IMG/VR virus record: IMGVR_UViG_3300025944_000010
Span: 3,069-67,068 of that record
Length of the DNA: 64,000 nucleotides
Reading direction: 5' to 3' (one strand)
Origin: a virus
Taxonomy: Duplodnaviria > Caudoviricetes
Below, piece by piece: positions 63,828 through 64,000 of this stretch. The position numbers were made by a program, and so were the translations under genes. Every line of letters starts with the position of its first letter. Positions within the stretch are counted from its first letter, which is position 1. The notes below the pieces were generated by a model. It was not told the origin of the DNA, ran no database searches, and saw nothing but the letters and a program-made list of their open reading frames with translations.

Positions 63828-63992
63828 ATGGACGTTCCCAAAATTCTATACAACAGAGCCGAGGAGATGACGCTCGATTGGGCCAAGGAAATCAGAACGT
63901 CTAATAGCATCGACAGCCTGCTCATATATTCGCGTGGCAGAGCTGAGGCAATTATCGAAGTATTAGAGGCAATAAAAAAACTGAAATCGTGA
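63828..63992 (+). CDS. Hypothetical protein
   Basis: SD GAGGA; 54 aa. Confidence 0.5.
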   Translation: MDVPKILYNRAEEMTLDWAKEIRTSNSIDSLLIYSRGRAEAIIEVLEAIKKLKS

Positions 63993-64000
63993 CGCTGGGG

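Larger units (their letters stand above)
1..63992 (+). mobile_element. Near-complete tailed (myo-type) bacteriophage genome, circularly permuted
   Basis: Full set of terminase, portal, head, neck, sheath, tube, tape measure, baseplate, lysis and replication genes, all on + strand. Mu-F-like gene near the right end and DUF2213 near the left end; these are normally neighbours. Confidence 0.95.

Noticed and set aside
85-63925. Minus-strand ORFs in the six-frame track (e.g. 34639..35349, 32534..33181, 56815..57321)
   Set aside because: They are shadows of well-supported + strand genes, with no RBS or recognisable motifs.

Overview
The window is almost the whole genome of a ~64 kb tailed myophage (contractile tail). 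Essentially every credible gene is on the + strand, and the order looks circularly permuted: packaging genes (terS, terL, portal, Mu-F-like) lie at 56-62 kb and the head genes continue from 1.1 kb. The virion module is of the Bcep781/Aaphi23 type: DUF2213 protease, scaffold, decoration, DUF2184 capsid, neck, DUF3383 sheath, DUF3277 tube, frameshifted chaperone, tape measure with SLT domain, baseplate. Early and middle regions carry a ParB-like gene, a putative SSAP and exonuclease, an initiator with iterons, DnaB, ThyX, NUDIX, IbrAB-like genes, RusA, DUF932, XRE, HNH and an HD hydrolase. I saw no integrase, tRNA or CRISPR array. Two things stand out. (1) A 15-bp palindrome, GTCTTAC-N-GTAAGAC, occurs at 34-35 sites spread over the genome (about one per 1.8 kb), mostly right at stop codons and often bracketing accessory inserts. 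(2) Several fibre/tailspike-like proteins in the virion module carry Sec-type signal peptides, and three of them follow a structural gene with an appended C-terminal module, which is shared in two cases. Also present are a second operator-like palindrome (GTTAT-N4-ATAAC) inside sigma70 promoters, two candidate RNA pseudoknot switches, paralogous glycosidase-like domains and an ACP-like protein lacking its serine. All family assignments come from motif recognition, not database searches.
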